NCBI GenBank assembly: GCA_951406725.2
Contig: OX597830.1
Location: 7,316,001 to 7,380,000 of the forward strand
Direction: 5' to 3'
Origin: Octopus vulgaris
Lineage: Eukaryota
Length of the DNA: 64,000 nt
Part shown: positions 46,091 through 58,779 of the stretch, piece after piece
Position numbering within the stretch: the first letter of the stretch is position 1
Layout of the letters: every line of letters begins with the position of its first letter
Notes under the pieces: generated by a model
Seen by the model: only the letters and a program-made list of their open reading frames with translations
The model's database searches: none
Told to the model about the DNA's origin: nothing
Program-made: the position numbers and the translations under genes

Positions 46091-46260
46091 TTAAGACGCC
46101 GAACAGTATCCAATATCGTGGGGTTGTTGATTGAAGATATTTTATCGACCGGGGTTTGTATTGTCTGTCAAGTCACCACAAGTACCTCAGACACACAATA
46201 CTTTACGCAATATGCTTGCAGTTCCAAGTAATACTGCTCTTTGCACTGCAACTATAATGT
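46091..46260 (-). mobile_element. R4/Dong-clade RLE LINE, extreme 3' fragment
   Basis: Translates as IIVAVQRAVLLGTASILRKVLCV*, then a 3' UTR running into (AAT)n. Confidence 0.8.
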
Positions 46261-46319
46261 AGGCTATTTCTTCTTCTTTATCTTCTTCTTATTATTGTTG
46301 TTGATGTTGTTGTTTTATT

Positions 46320-46545
46320 GAGGCGGTGAGCTGTTATCTGACACAGTCGTTAACACGCTGGACGAAGTGCTTAGCGGTATTTCTTCCGTCGCGATGTTCT
46401 GAATTCTAACGTCGTCGAGGCCGACTTTGCTTTCTTCCTTTTGGGGGTCGATAAATTAAGTACCAGTTATGCACTGGGGTCGATGTTATCAACTAGTCTC
46501 GCTCCCCAAATTTCAGGGCTTGCGCTTTTAGGAGAAAGGATTATT
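46320..46545 (+). mobile_element. tRNA-derived SINE, family A
   Basis: GAGGCGGTGAGCTG head, GGGGTCGATAAATTAAGTACCAG central block and AGAAAGGATTATTAT tail. Confidence 0.85.
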
Positions 46546-46547
46546 AT

Positions 46548-46702
46548 GATATGAAGACTCACAGCTTATTTTGCTGGGTGTGATGGAAAGTATCAGCTGT
46601 CCACAGCCAGCAGACTAATGTGACCCTTGCTTACTGGTCATGCTCCAAGAATCCTGCGAAAGATTCTTGCAGTTCAAAGCAATGCTGATTTTTGTAGATG
46701 TG
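46548..46702 (-). mobile_element. R4/Dong-clade RLE LINE, extreme 3' fragment
   Basis: Translates as HLQKSALL*TARIFRRILGA*, then a 3' UTR. The 5' flank is (AAT)n. Confidence 0.8.
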
Positions 46703-46708
46703 TTATTA

Positions 46709-46859
<151 letters not shown>

Positions 46860-46864
46860 CATCA

Positions 46865-46940
<76 letters not shown>

Positions 46941-46941
<1 letters not shown>

Positions 46942-47349
46942 TCTATCCCACCGTTGCAGTATCGGCACTTTGGGACTACACCCTTTTTCATCACATTGGC
47001 TTGATAGTTCCGGGTCAATAAGCTTTGATCTTGGGCAGCCAAAATAAAGCCTTCACTCTCTGTCTTTAGCCCTGAGCTTCGTAGCCACTGATGGGTGTGC
47101 TTCTGGTCTGCATCAGCTTGATTGCTACAGGCAACATATTTGCCATGCTGAGGTTTTTGTTCCCATCTATCAACCACTTGATCAAACGCATTTTGCTTTG
47201 CTACTGATTTCACCTTCTTTGCAACTACAGTAGCTGCACTTCCATCATGCTGTTCAACCTGGGTAATATGCATAAACTCACTTGAAAATATTTTGCTCTC
47301 CTTCATAACATTGAAGCTTGTTACGTCATTCATGATTTTCAACAAGCTT
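46941..47349 (-). mobile_element. R4/Dong-clade RLE LINE internal fragment lacking its 3' end
   Basis: RWEQKPQHGKY...HQWLRSSGLKTESEGFILAAQDQSLLTRNYQANVMKKG..PKCRYC is closely similar to 45390-45577, then runs directly into (AAT)n. Confidence 0.9.
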
Positions 47350-47425
<76 letters not shown>

Positions 47426-47504
47426 GTGACAGAGAGACAGAGTGGCAGACATACAGGCGGTCGGAAAGACAGACAGATACATACATAGATAGCTAGCGAG
47501 ATAT

Positions 47505-48521
47505 ATTTCTTTATTTAGCCAAACAGGGTTTAACAAAGAGGGGAAAATACAAGGTGGAATTTTTCTTTTTCGAAATCACCAAAAAGGGATCGAAAAATAA
47601 AAGACGTTTTCTGGGGGACGTGTTCACAAATAGATAACAAGGTGACGTTTTTTTAACAATTTGAATTCCCAAAAGGAGAGAAAACATAACACTGACTAGA
47701 GTTATCCGCGGAAAGAAAAACTTACGAAAAATAACCACGGTAACCTCGGCAAAAGGAAAAATCTATGGGAGCAAAGTGCCCTCTCTTTCTCTCTCCCTTT
47801 CTCTGTCCCCCCATCTCTCTCTCTCTCTCTCTCTGTTTGTTTTACAGGTTAATGCTCAAAGTGGTTCCGTTATTCATGCGTACCATTTTTGCTACATTCA
47901 CACACCTTTTATTAATTTTTTTATTAGACAAAACTTCCTTCTCTACTCTTACCTTCGTTTTCAAGTGATACTCGAAAAAGTTGATAAGAGATTGTCCGGA
48001 GATGAAAGTATTTCTCTCTAAACCTTTCAAACGAGTCCACTACACACAGTCTTTTGCCATAGCCACCACTACGACGAAAACTACCTTGCCGTCCCGGTTA
48101 ATAGAAGGTGGTAGGGCAATATTCACGATAGACTTGGCTGACAAACGGATTTGTCCCGCATGCAACATCAGCCGTTCGACATAGGACCAACAGCTCTGAA
48201 ATATGTGGACATATCTCGGACAGGTCTGTTGGGTGTTTCTTGAACCGTATCTGTAGACCTTCTCTCCTTCGGGCAACGCTTCCCGATAGCATTGCCAATC
48301 TAGAGATCTCTGGAAATCGTCCATAGGTCCCGGCCCGAAAGTGTTCCAGAAGAGGCGGGTCAAGTATTCCCCGTCGACGCCCAGAATTTGCCCAAGAACG
48401 TCATGGGACCTCCTCCTCTACTTCTCCTCTATAGAACGCCTTGGATGATTTGAAGTTGCACAAGTCTAAAGCCGGACGACAGAGCTGCTCCAGGGCTTGG
48501 CAACACTCACATTCACCCAGT
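47505..48521 (-). mobile_element. L1/Tx1-type LINE 3' fragment inserted in (TATC/TGTC)n
   Basis: C-terminal relic FWNTFGPG...SLDWQCYREALP...QTCPR...WSYVERL...AMAKDCV*WTR resembles the L1/Tx1 zinc-binding region. A 3' UTR ends AATAAAGAAAT, with (GATA/GACA)n on both sides. Confidence 0.7.
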
Positions 48522-48792
48522 TAGATAGATAGACATACAGATAGATAGATAGATAGATAGACAGATAGAGAGACAGACAGACAGACAGACAGATAGATAG
48601 ATAAATAAATATAGATGTACAGACAGACAGACAGACGGACGGACAGACAGAGAGACAGGCAGACAGACAGACAGACAGATAGATAGATGGATAAAGATAT
48701 ATATACTGACAGACAGACAGACAGACAGACGGACAGACAGATAGATAGATGGTAGATAGATAGAGAGATAGATAAATAGATAGAGAGATAGA

Positions 48793-48832
<40 letters not shown>

Positions 48833-49754
48833 TAGGCAGACAGACAGACATATGGACGGACGAACGGAAGGACAGACCGACAGACAGACAAACAAACAGA
48901 TAGATAATAGATAGATATAGATGGAGAGACAGACAGACAGACGGACGGATAAGCAGACGGACAGACGGACAGACAGATAGATTTATGTAAACAGATGTAT
49001 GTAGAGGCATATTATAAATATGCAATATATTAATATACATCGACACATAAATGGACGTAAATCTCGAGAATGCATGCATGTGTGTGCGTGTAACTGTAAA
49101 TGTGTTTCACTCTGGGTTTCTATATGCTTGTGTGTGCGTGTGGGTGCGTGTGTATGTGTGCATGTGTATGTATCTGTCTGTCTATGTGTATGTTAGAATA
49201 TTTTTGGATATGTGCCTTTGTGCATAAATGTGTACACGTGTGTATATGTGCGTAGTTGTGTGTACGTGTGCGTATGTATGTATGTATGTATGTATGTATG
49301 TATGTATGTGCAAGTGTGCTTTATTTCCGTGTGTGTTTTGGAGCTGAGTGTGTAGTTTAAATATGGCACCAAAATGCGCAATGCAAAGAATTTCAAGTTA
49401 GATATTTTGGCAGTGGAAAATGGAAGAGAAAGTCACGTCTGTTGATGTCTCTTTGATTGGTGCTCCACTTCCGTTCCAAGGAATCGAACAGCTTTCTACT
49501 AATAAAGATCTTGGACACATTTCGCACTATATACACGTATGGCTGTATATAACCATGCATGTATGTTCATACATATATTCGTGTATATATATACATATAT
49601 ATATATATATTATGTATTATATATACATGATATTTATATATATATTATATGTATTTATGCGGATATATATATATATATATAATATATGCATATATAGATA
49701 TATAGTATATATATTATATACAGAAACATAGATATATATGTATATACTATAAAG

Positions 49755-49812
<58 letters not shown>

Positions 49813-49975
49813 CATAAACATAGATATATATGTATATACTATAAAGTATATATATATATATACATATACATAAATGCTTGCATGTCTGTATATATGTACG
49901 CGTATGCATATATTTACATATTTTTACATATATTTTTATATATGTATACATGTACAATACATGTATGCATGTAGT

Positions 49976-50014
<39 letters not shown>

Positions 50015-50907
50015 GTATGCATATAAGTGTGTGTAGGTGTGTGTGTGTGTGTAGACGCACACATTGGTGTACAGATGTGTCGCTATGAAGGAGCATCTGT
50101 GCATGAATATGGTTGCACGTTTCAACGTACGTAGGCGCGTTTGTAGAAATTTTTGTCAATTTTAAATTTCTCTTCAAGATTACACACCAAATTTTAGTAG
50201 TTAACCATATTGCGAAAATGTAAATTGAATTTCTTGCCAAAAGAAGTTGTGAACCTTTCTTGACACTGCGAGCAACGCTGCTGGATGAAAATGGATCTCT
50301 CTTTTGACCGGTTTGGGTGGCTGCCATTTTCTTTGATCTTTTGCCGACCTTAAAACGGTAGGCTGTGAACAATTTGCTATAGAAAATGGTCTTAGTTGGC
50401 AGCTGAAACTGTTTTCATATTGATTATGAAAGATTCGGTAAGTTTGGAAGATGAAGAAGGAGAGGAAGAAGAAGAAGAAGAAGAAGAAGAAGAAGAAGAA
50501 GAATAACTGTACCCCCACCGCATTTGCTCTTACCTCTTACCTCTTAACTTTTAACTTTTAACTCTCGACTCTTATAAAACCTAAGAGGTAGCTACTGCTG
50601 TATATGTGTAATGCCATTGTATGTGTCTGTGTGTGTGTGAGCCTGTGTTGTGTGTATATGTGTGCGTGTGCGTATGTATGTGTGTGTGCGTGTGTTTCGT
50701 TGTTGTTCTTGATGTTGGTGATAATGTTGATGTTGATGATGTCAATGTTTTTGTTCTTGTTCTTATCTTGATAGTGGTTTTCGTGCTGGTGTTACTATAA
50801 CAACTATGACTATGCACTATTACTACTACTACTACTACTACTACTACTATTAGTAATTAATTACCACTACTACAACTACAATAATTTCTACTTCTACCAC
50901 TATTACA

Positions 50908-50967
<60 letters not shown>

Positions 50968-51061
50968 AAGAAGAATAAGAAGAAGAAGAAGAAGGAGAAG
51001 AATCATAATAACAATAATAATGAATAATAATAGTAATAATAATACTAATAATAACAATAAT

Positions 51062-51263
51062 CATTTCAACTGGAAGCACAAGGCCTCAAATTTGGGGCAA
51101 GGGTTTAAGTCGATTGCATCGACCCTAGAGCGTAACTGGTACTTATGTAATCCACCCCGAAAAGATGAGAAACAAATTCGGACTCGGTAGAATTTGAACT
51201 CAGAACGTAAAGATGGACGAAATACCACCAAGTATTTCGCCCGGCGTGCTAACGATTCTGCCA
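51062..51263 (-). mobile_element. tRNA-derived SINE, family A (head clipped at the AAT array)
   Basis: Reverse complement reads GGCAGAATCGTTAGCACGCCGGGCGAAAT...GAGTTCAAATT...TAAGTACCAGTTACG...AAATTTGAGGCCTTGTGC. Confidence 0.85.
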
Positions 51264-51290
51264 TTATTATTATTATTATTTATTATTATT

Positions 51291-54200
51291 GTCATTTACT
51301 TTTAATCTGCATGTTTGATGCAATCACCTGCCGGGGTACACCCAGCGCCCTAGGGCAAGTGAAGGTTAAGAGTTGTTGAAATATAGCTGAAAGCTTGGGG
51401 AGGGGAAGTAGAGATATATCTCCATGTAATGCAAACACAGACATTTACATTGATAGGGCTTTTCTAAGGATGTGGGCAGTACTTGTTAGCACAATCTTTT
51501 GGATTCCCTTGAGACATGGTTTTCCAGGGATATTGTCTAGGTGTTTCTGACATCCCTTTTTTATCATACCTAGGGCACCTACAATAACAGGAACAGTTTT
51601 TGTTTTAAGATTCCACATCCTCTGTATTTCGATTTCCAGGTCCTTATATTTACTAAGTTTGTCAAATTCCTTGACAGATACATTTTTATCAGTGGGGACG
51701 CTTACTTCTATTAGTCTGCAGGTATTTTCTTCCCTGTCTTTAACAATTATGTCTGGTCGATTAGCCTTGATCGTTCTGTCAGTGTTGACTGGAAAATCCC
51801 AGAGGATGGTGACATCTTTACCTTCAACAACTGGCTGAGGATGGTGTTCATACCAGTTAGCAGGAGTGTCGGATTTGTAGTGTTTACATATCTTCCAATG
51901 TATATACTGTCCTACCCTATCGTGGCGATTTTTGTATTCGTTTGGTGTCAGCACAGGACATCCCGAAACGAGATGGTCTATCGTTTCGTCAAATGTGTCG
52001 CAGAATCTGCATTTAGGGTCAGTACCGTTTCGGAGAACGTTAGCCTGGTCATTTCTGGTAAACAAGCTTTGATCTTGTGCTGCCATTATGAAACCTTCAG
52101 TCTCTGCTTTCAATCCAGAGCTCTTCAGCCACTGATGGGTTATTGCTTGGTCTACATCAGCATTTTGGCTTCGGAGAATATATTGTCCATGCAGGGGCTT
52201 CTGGCTCCACCGCCTCTCAATTTGATTCTGCCCGTTCTTTTTTGCAGTCTGCTTGATTCGCTTTGCTTGCTTGGTAGCAGTGGTTTCCGGCTCTTCATCT
52301 GATTCAAGGTTAATGTCTAGTTCCCTTTCGAACTTATAAGCTTCCTTGACAATAGAATGCAGCTTTTTGTTGCTTTTTCGTGTTCGCACACAAGTCGCAG
52401 CATCCAGTCCTTTGTACTAGATAGGTACCTGTTCATTCCTACAGTAGAGGTCTTATAGCACAGCTCTAATTGCATCATTCCTCTCCCCCGCTGCTTCTAG
52501 GTAGGTACAAGCGGTCTACATCTGCCTTAGGGTGGTGCATGCTCTTGGATGTCAGTAACTTTCTTGTCTTCCTGTCTAAGCGTTGGAGTTCCGTAAGGTT
52601 CCAGTTAATGATATTAAAACTGTACTGGACTACTGGAAGTGCCAGGGTGTTAATGGCCTCAATACAATTTTTGGAAGTTGAGTTCAGTCTTCAGTACAAG
52701 CCTTACTCTCCTATAGTATTCCTTTCTTATTTTTTCCTTCATAGTAGCATGATGTATACCATCTCCTTCGTTGATTCCTAGGTATTTGTAACTTTCCTGT
52801 GGGTCAAGTTTCCTTGATGGTAGTGTCAATATCTAATTTAACAGAAGCTGTTTGCCTGAGCTTGCCTCTTACAAAAGTTGCTTTAGCACACTTATCAAGG
52901 CCAAAATCCATTCCGATATCATTGCTAAACTCTTTAACAGTTGTTAGCAGCCCTTCTAGCTCTTGGTCATTCCTGGCAAACAGCTTTAGGTCGTCCATAT
53001 AGAAAAGATGTTTTATTAACTTACTAAAAACTTTGTACCCATATCTGGTACTATCCAGTTCGTTTGAGAGTGGGATCAGTGCCATGCAAAAAAGTAATGG
53101 AGAGAGGGAGTCACCTTGAAAGATGCCTCGTTTGATGTTGATGCTGTTGGACTGGCTCATCCCATTACTATGGCTTAGAAAGAGACGTGTGTTCCACATG
53201 GTCATGCTATTCTCTAAGAATTTTGAGACGACAGGAGAGATCTTGTATATCTCAAGGGCCTTGAGTATCCATTTATGTGGGACACTGTCATACGCTTTCC
53301 TGTAGTCTATCCATGCCATACTCAGGTTTTTGTTTTTGCTCCGGCAATTCTCTACAATCATTCTGTTTATGAGCAATTGGTCTTTGCACCCATAAGAGTT
53401 TCTTTTACAACCTTTTTGAGCTTGTGGAAGGATAGAATTTTGTTCAAGGAAAGCGTACATTCTCTCCGTTATTATGGATGTGAGGATTTTGTAGGTGGTG
53501 TTGAGACATGTTATTGGCCGGTAATTCTTTGGGTTTTTTGTGTCTTCGGTTTTAGGTAATAGGTAGGTGGTTCCTTCAGTCAGCCAAGCAGGTATTTGCT
53601 CTGGGTTCTGAATGACATCAGACAGAGATGCAGCGAGATGTTCGTGTACCTCTGTCAAACAATTCAACCAGAAGTTAGGGATCCGATCCAGTCCTGGGGT
53701 TTTCCATTTATGAGCCTTCCTAAGGACACACCTTAACTCCTCTATTCCTATTGCTTCCCATTTCTGTTCTTCAAGTTCATCCAGTCTCTCTTTCTCACGT
53801 TCTATCCAGTCAGCCTCAGCATTAAACTCTTTTTCGTTGCTCCATACCTTCTTCCAGAACTCCTCCACTTCTTCAATCTTAGGTGGATCTTCTATGTGTA
53901 TTTTATTTTTGCCAATTTCCCTATAAAATTTCTTTGCATCTGTCTTAAAAAATTTATTTTGTCGATAAAATTTGTTTCTTTTGTCATACCTTCTAAGCCG
54001 TTGAGCTTTCAACTGTATCCGTTGTTTCAACAGTTCCTTAGTTGCAGGGAGGTTTATGAGATCTTTGATTTTATATTTTTGCTTGATTTTTCTAGCTTTT
54101 CTCGGCTTAATATTCACTCCTCTAGCAAGCTCATCGAGAACTGAAACATCCGCCCGCAGAGATTCAATCTCTTTTTGTATCGCTACTTTCCACTTTGGAG

Positions 54201-55255
54201 GTTCATTGACATGCCTGGCCTTTTTCTTTGTCATCTTAATACCTAGTTGGGTAGTTACTACTTTAGCAGTGGAATAAATGAGATTATTTAAGGTTGTCAA
54301 ATCATTCCCCTTATTTCTTAAGATCTGTCCTAAGGCAACGTTATATGTCATGATTGTGTTATTTCTTGTGCCATTTGAAAACTTTGGTAGTGGTTCTCTA
54401 TTAACCATGTCAGTGAGCTCAATCTTGCCGAGTTCTCTCATAATGTCCACTTTTGCTTCCATAATCTTTTCTCTATTATTCACCTCAAATTCTATGTCAT
54501 ATCTATTTTGGTTTTCTTGAGGAAGATCTACGTTCTCCTCTTTTTTCAAATCTCTCGTCTTCGCTATTCTTTGTTTAACTTCCCCATTGGGAAGTTGATT
54601 TGCCGCTTGTACACTGGCTTCTGTGCTACTGTTACCTATTTCGTCTACATTGTTGCTGTTTTCTTTTGGTCTACCATGAGCTATCAGTGTCCTAATTTTG
54701 TCAATTTCAGCGTCAGTTAGTCTTTTGTTTTTAATTATATCTCTGCGTACATTACTTAATTTATTTGCGTCTATATATCTACGTACGTCATTGCCTACTG
54801 AATTTCTCCATGAGATGTATGTTTGTACACTGAGGTTATTATTTGGGTTTAGTTGGGACTGTATAAAAAGCTTTCAACACATCTCTATAGTCCTCTCTGG
54901 TCCATTTTATACGTTTTGCTTTAGGTGGTGTTTTTGGTGGTGTCACTACAAGTCCAGAGTTAGAAGTATTCTGGTTCTGGTCACCTGGTAGATCGTCTTT
55001 TTGAGAGTTTGTTCCAGCAGCAAACTTTTCGACCCCAGTCTGGTTCCCTACTGGGTAACGCGGTCCTTGTTGTCCCGGGCGATGACCGATCCGGCATGAT
55101 TTTTGGCTTGTTTTCATTAAATGATTGACGGCGACATCAGAGCGGTCCATTTTTTCAGGGTCAACTTTTTGACAAGACGCCGCTTCTGTGACGGTGACGT
55201 TAGAAGAAGGGACTGTTTGTACAGGGTCAATTTTTTGACAAGACACCGCTTCTGA
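51291..55255 (-). mobile_element. Near-full-length R4/Dong-clade RLE non-LTR retrotransposon (~3.96 kb) inserted in (AAT)n
   Basis: Single-ORF architecture (N-terminal domain, RT, CCHC, RLE), a 154-nt 3' UTR, and both junctions directly in (AAT)n. Dong-type elements are known to target TAA repeats. Confidence 0.95.
51445..55246 (-). pseudogene. Retrotransposon protein (Myb-like N-terminus, reverse transcriptase, CCHC zinc knuckle, PD-(D/E)xK endonuclease), split by about five 1-bp frameshifts
   Basis: Motifs KRIKWTREDY; KNYRPITCL; WIDYRKAYDSV; RGIFQGDSLSPLLF; HLFYMDDLK; YKYLG; HHPKADVDRLYLPR; CRFC..HLVSGC; RHD; RPDIIV..LIEVSVP..KLSKY. These join track ORFs 54839-55246, 52804-54549 and 51445-52389. 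Confidence 0.95.
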
Positions 55256-55330
<75 letters not shown>

Positions 55331-55449
55331 TTCCTTCTTTTTTCAAATTTTCTTCCGTTTCTCGCCGGGTGTTTTACATAAACCTAGGGCAGAGAAGCTC
55401 ATTGTATGCATTCCTAGATTACACGCGCAAATTCACAGATAAAATATGT
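55331..55449 (-). mobile_element. 3' UTR-only insertion of an R4/Dong-clade LINE
   Basis: TTCAAATTTTCTTCC.TTTCT.GCCG.GTGT...CCTAGGGCA.AGAA.CTCAT.GT aligns with the 3' UTR at 44655-44725; (ATT)n on both sides. Confidence 0.8.
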
Positions 55450-55450
55450 A

Positions 55451-55508
<58 letters not shown>

Positions 55509-55606
55509 AATAATAATAATAATAATAAAATAATAATAATTATTATTATTATTATTAATAATAATAATGATAATGATAATATTAATAATAATAATAATAA
55601 TAATAA

Positions 55607-55713
<107 letters not shown>

Positions 55714-56280
55714 GCTAGGATTTGTTTTAAATTGATACTTTAATGTTGAACGTCTCCCAAGATAAATAACAACCAAGTATCAAAGTTTATAATGTGCGGA
55801 AAGAGACCCTGTGAGACTTCTGACAGCAGGCAAACAAGACCGAACGCTTTGAGAACTAAATTAATAATAATAACAGCAATAATAATAATAATTTTGTTGT
55901 TTTCAGTTACTGCCCTGGCAACCAGTGCACTTTGTACATTCTGCAATTACTATTGCTCCCACTGTTGTAATCTTTAACGCTAGTGATTATATCTGTTGAA
56001 CTACAGTGGTTATGCTTCAATTAATTTCACAAAATAATGAAGGGTTTTTTAATGATAATACTTTAGCCATGCTTAAGCTGGTGTGTGGAGCATAACTGGA
56101 AATTCTGATGTAAAACTTTCATTTAGATTGTTTTAAACAAAATTGTTTTTATAGAATATGTTCAGTCTTTGTTGGGATGATATCTGACTTTATAATTAAG
56201 TCCTAATCAACATTTTCTTTGAATTCAAGCCTCCACACCCACAAAATACGTGCATAACACGAAAAAAAAAATGCCAGTAC

Positions 56281-56406
<126 letters not shown>

Positions 56407-57140
56407 TACATATATATATATATATACATATAGGTATGTATGTATATATATATATATATATACATATGTATACATGCTAGAACAATTTTAATGAATGCCT
56501 CTAAATCCCGTACATAGGCAGGATGCTCATGTAGGATTAATAGTGAATGCCCAGTGGGTGATCGATGCAATTCAGAGGCCGTGGTCTTCGTGGCAGAATT
56601 GGTGTCCGCCACGAGCAACAGCAACGGTAGTGGTAGCAGCAGCAGCAGCAGCAGCGGCAGCAGCAGCTTCAACAGCGCATCCGGCAGTTACAGCAGCAAG
56701 AGAGTGATAGCGGCAGCAACAACAGCAGCAGCGTCAATAACGTCAGATAAGAGAAAAAAATCAATCTGAAAGGAACTCTATCTCACTCAAAATATCTTTT
56801 GATAAGCATAACAAATGCGCAACCGGTAAACTCTTACTTCTTTTATTCTACACTGAAATCTGACATTGAACTTTTCCACAAAAAACTGTATATTACACGC
56901 TTTTACTAAATATCTTATTCTGAAACAGAACACTGTAAAAGACTTTTACTTTTTTTCTTATACACTGAAATCATTCACAAAAAATGAACATTGTATTCTA
57001 ACCCAATTTTTCTCTTTTTCTGTTTAAAAAAAGAACTTTCACCTAATTAAATACACTCTCCCTTACCTAAATTATTTTGTCAGCATTTTCTTCATTTCCT
57101 TTTTTTATATATCACAACTCGTGTTCCACATCTCCTTTTT

Positions 57141-57225
<85 letters not shown>

Positions 57226-57430
57226 ATCAAATAGGTGTCTTTAAAACTATTCCGCTCATACAAAAACAACCATACCAACTCACATATATATTATTCGGAA
57301 ATACTTGAATGTTGTAATGTTCGCCCATTCAGAGTATAAAAAGGTACAGACAGAAGTGAATGCCTATAAACATTCCTCAGAATGGAAAGATTGGCAATTA
57401 AAAGATGGTGCAAGATATTCTGGAAAATAC

Positions 57431-57475
57431 GTGTTTCGACATGTCTCATCAGCGTAAAGCACTTTACTCGATCAC
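57431..57475 (-). ncRNA. Hammerhead ribozyme-like motif with a perfect catalytic core
   Basis: Sense reads GTGATC-GA-GTAAAG(TG)CTTTAC-G-CTGATGA-GAC(AT)GTC-GAAA-CAC, with exact CUGAUGA and GAAA and a palindromic stem II. Stem I and III junctions are imperfect. Confidence 0.45.
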
Positions 57476-57676
57476 TTGGTACCAAAGGATTTGTTAATAA
57501 TTTCTGCGAACAATTTGTCACCTGCTTCGAGCTGATATCGCCGATAATGTATCATTATTGAGACGCCCACTAAATGTCACCTGCACTGTTACAGCCATGT
57601 TTTTTATCAGGGAGATATCAAAGATGTATAGTTTAAAATAAATGGGTGACGACGACGACGATGTAGTAGTAGTAGT

Positions 57677-57748
<72 letters not shown>

Positions 57749-58389
57749 GGTGGTGGTGGTAGTGTTGCCCGGTGGGGTGCCGTCGTTGTGGAGGCGGTAG
57801 TTTCGAAAAAGCTTGTAAATTAGCAAGCGCTTTCTCTACAAAACTACTAGCAACACAAAAAAATTTAAATATAAAATGTAAATTTATATGTGCGTGTGCG
57901 TATGTGTGTGTATGTGTGTGTGTGTGTTCGCGTATGTATTTATAAGTGAAATATGAATAGAGTGAGAGAGGGTTAGAAACAGAGAGAAATACAGATAAAG
58001 AGAAAGAGAGAAGGAAAGTGAGAGTGAAATATATATTAAGGGGAAAAAAACAAGAAATGTTTCGAAAAATACATAGAAATTACAGCCAATTTTCTTCTGG
58101 AAGAATTCTGATGTTTCATGAAACTTGTTTACAGAACAATTGAAAGAGTCTGTTAAAAGATTTAACTGTTGAACAAATGATGAATTAGGTTTTAGTCATG
58201 TGTAATGTTGACAGTAATAGCTGTGTAAAACAGAGGCCATTGTAGTAGCGGTAATAGAGGTATGTAGGAGTCCCTAGTGACTGAGTTATCAACGGAACAG
58301 CAACAACTATAACAGGAACACGAATGTTTACTATAACTATAAGAGCAGTGTGAGGCAGGGGGGGATGACTTCTTTATTTGTTTCTTGAA

Positions 58390-58570
58390 TTTTTTCTTTT
58401 GACAGCGACCATGCTGGAGCACCGCCTTAACGGATTTTAGTCGAAGAAATCGACCTCAAGACTTATTCTTTGTAAACCTAGTAGTTATTCTATCGGACTC
58501 TTTGGGCGAATCGCTACGTTTCGTGGACATAAACACACCAGCATTGGTTGACAATCACAGATACACACAC
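58390..58570 (-). mobile_element. Family B SINE, 3' part
   Basis: CCATGCTGGAGCACCGCC...GACTTATTCTTTGTAA...TTCTATCGG...AAACACACCAGCAT matches 20840-20970. Confidence 0.8.
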
Positions 58571-58700
58571 ATAAAAATAGATAAATAAATTGATAAATAT
58601 ACACACACACACACATATATATATACATACACATATATAGGTAGATATATATATATGTGTGTGTGTGCCTGTATATATAGAGAGACATAGGTAGATACAT

Positions 58701-58746
<46 letters not shown>

Positions 58747-58779
58747 ATATATGTATGTATATATTTATATATGTATATA

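Noticed and set aside
51841-54991. Plus-strand ORFs overlapping the LINE
   Set aside because: They are antisense shadows of the retrotransposon ORF with no recognisable motifs.
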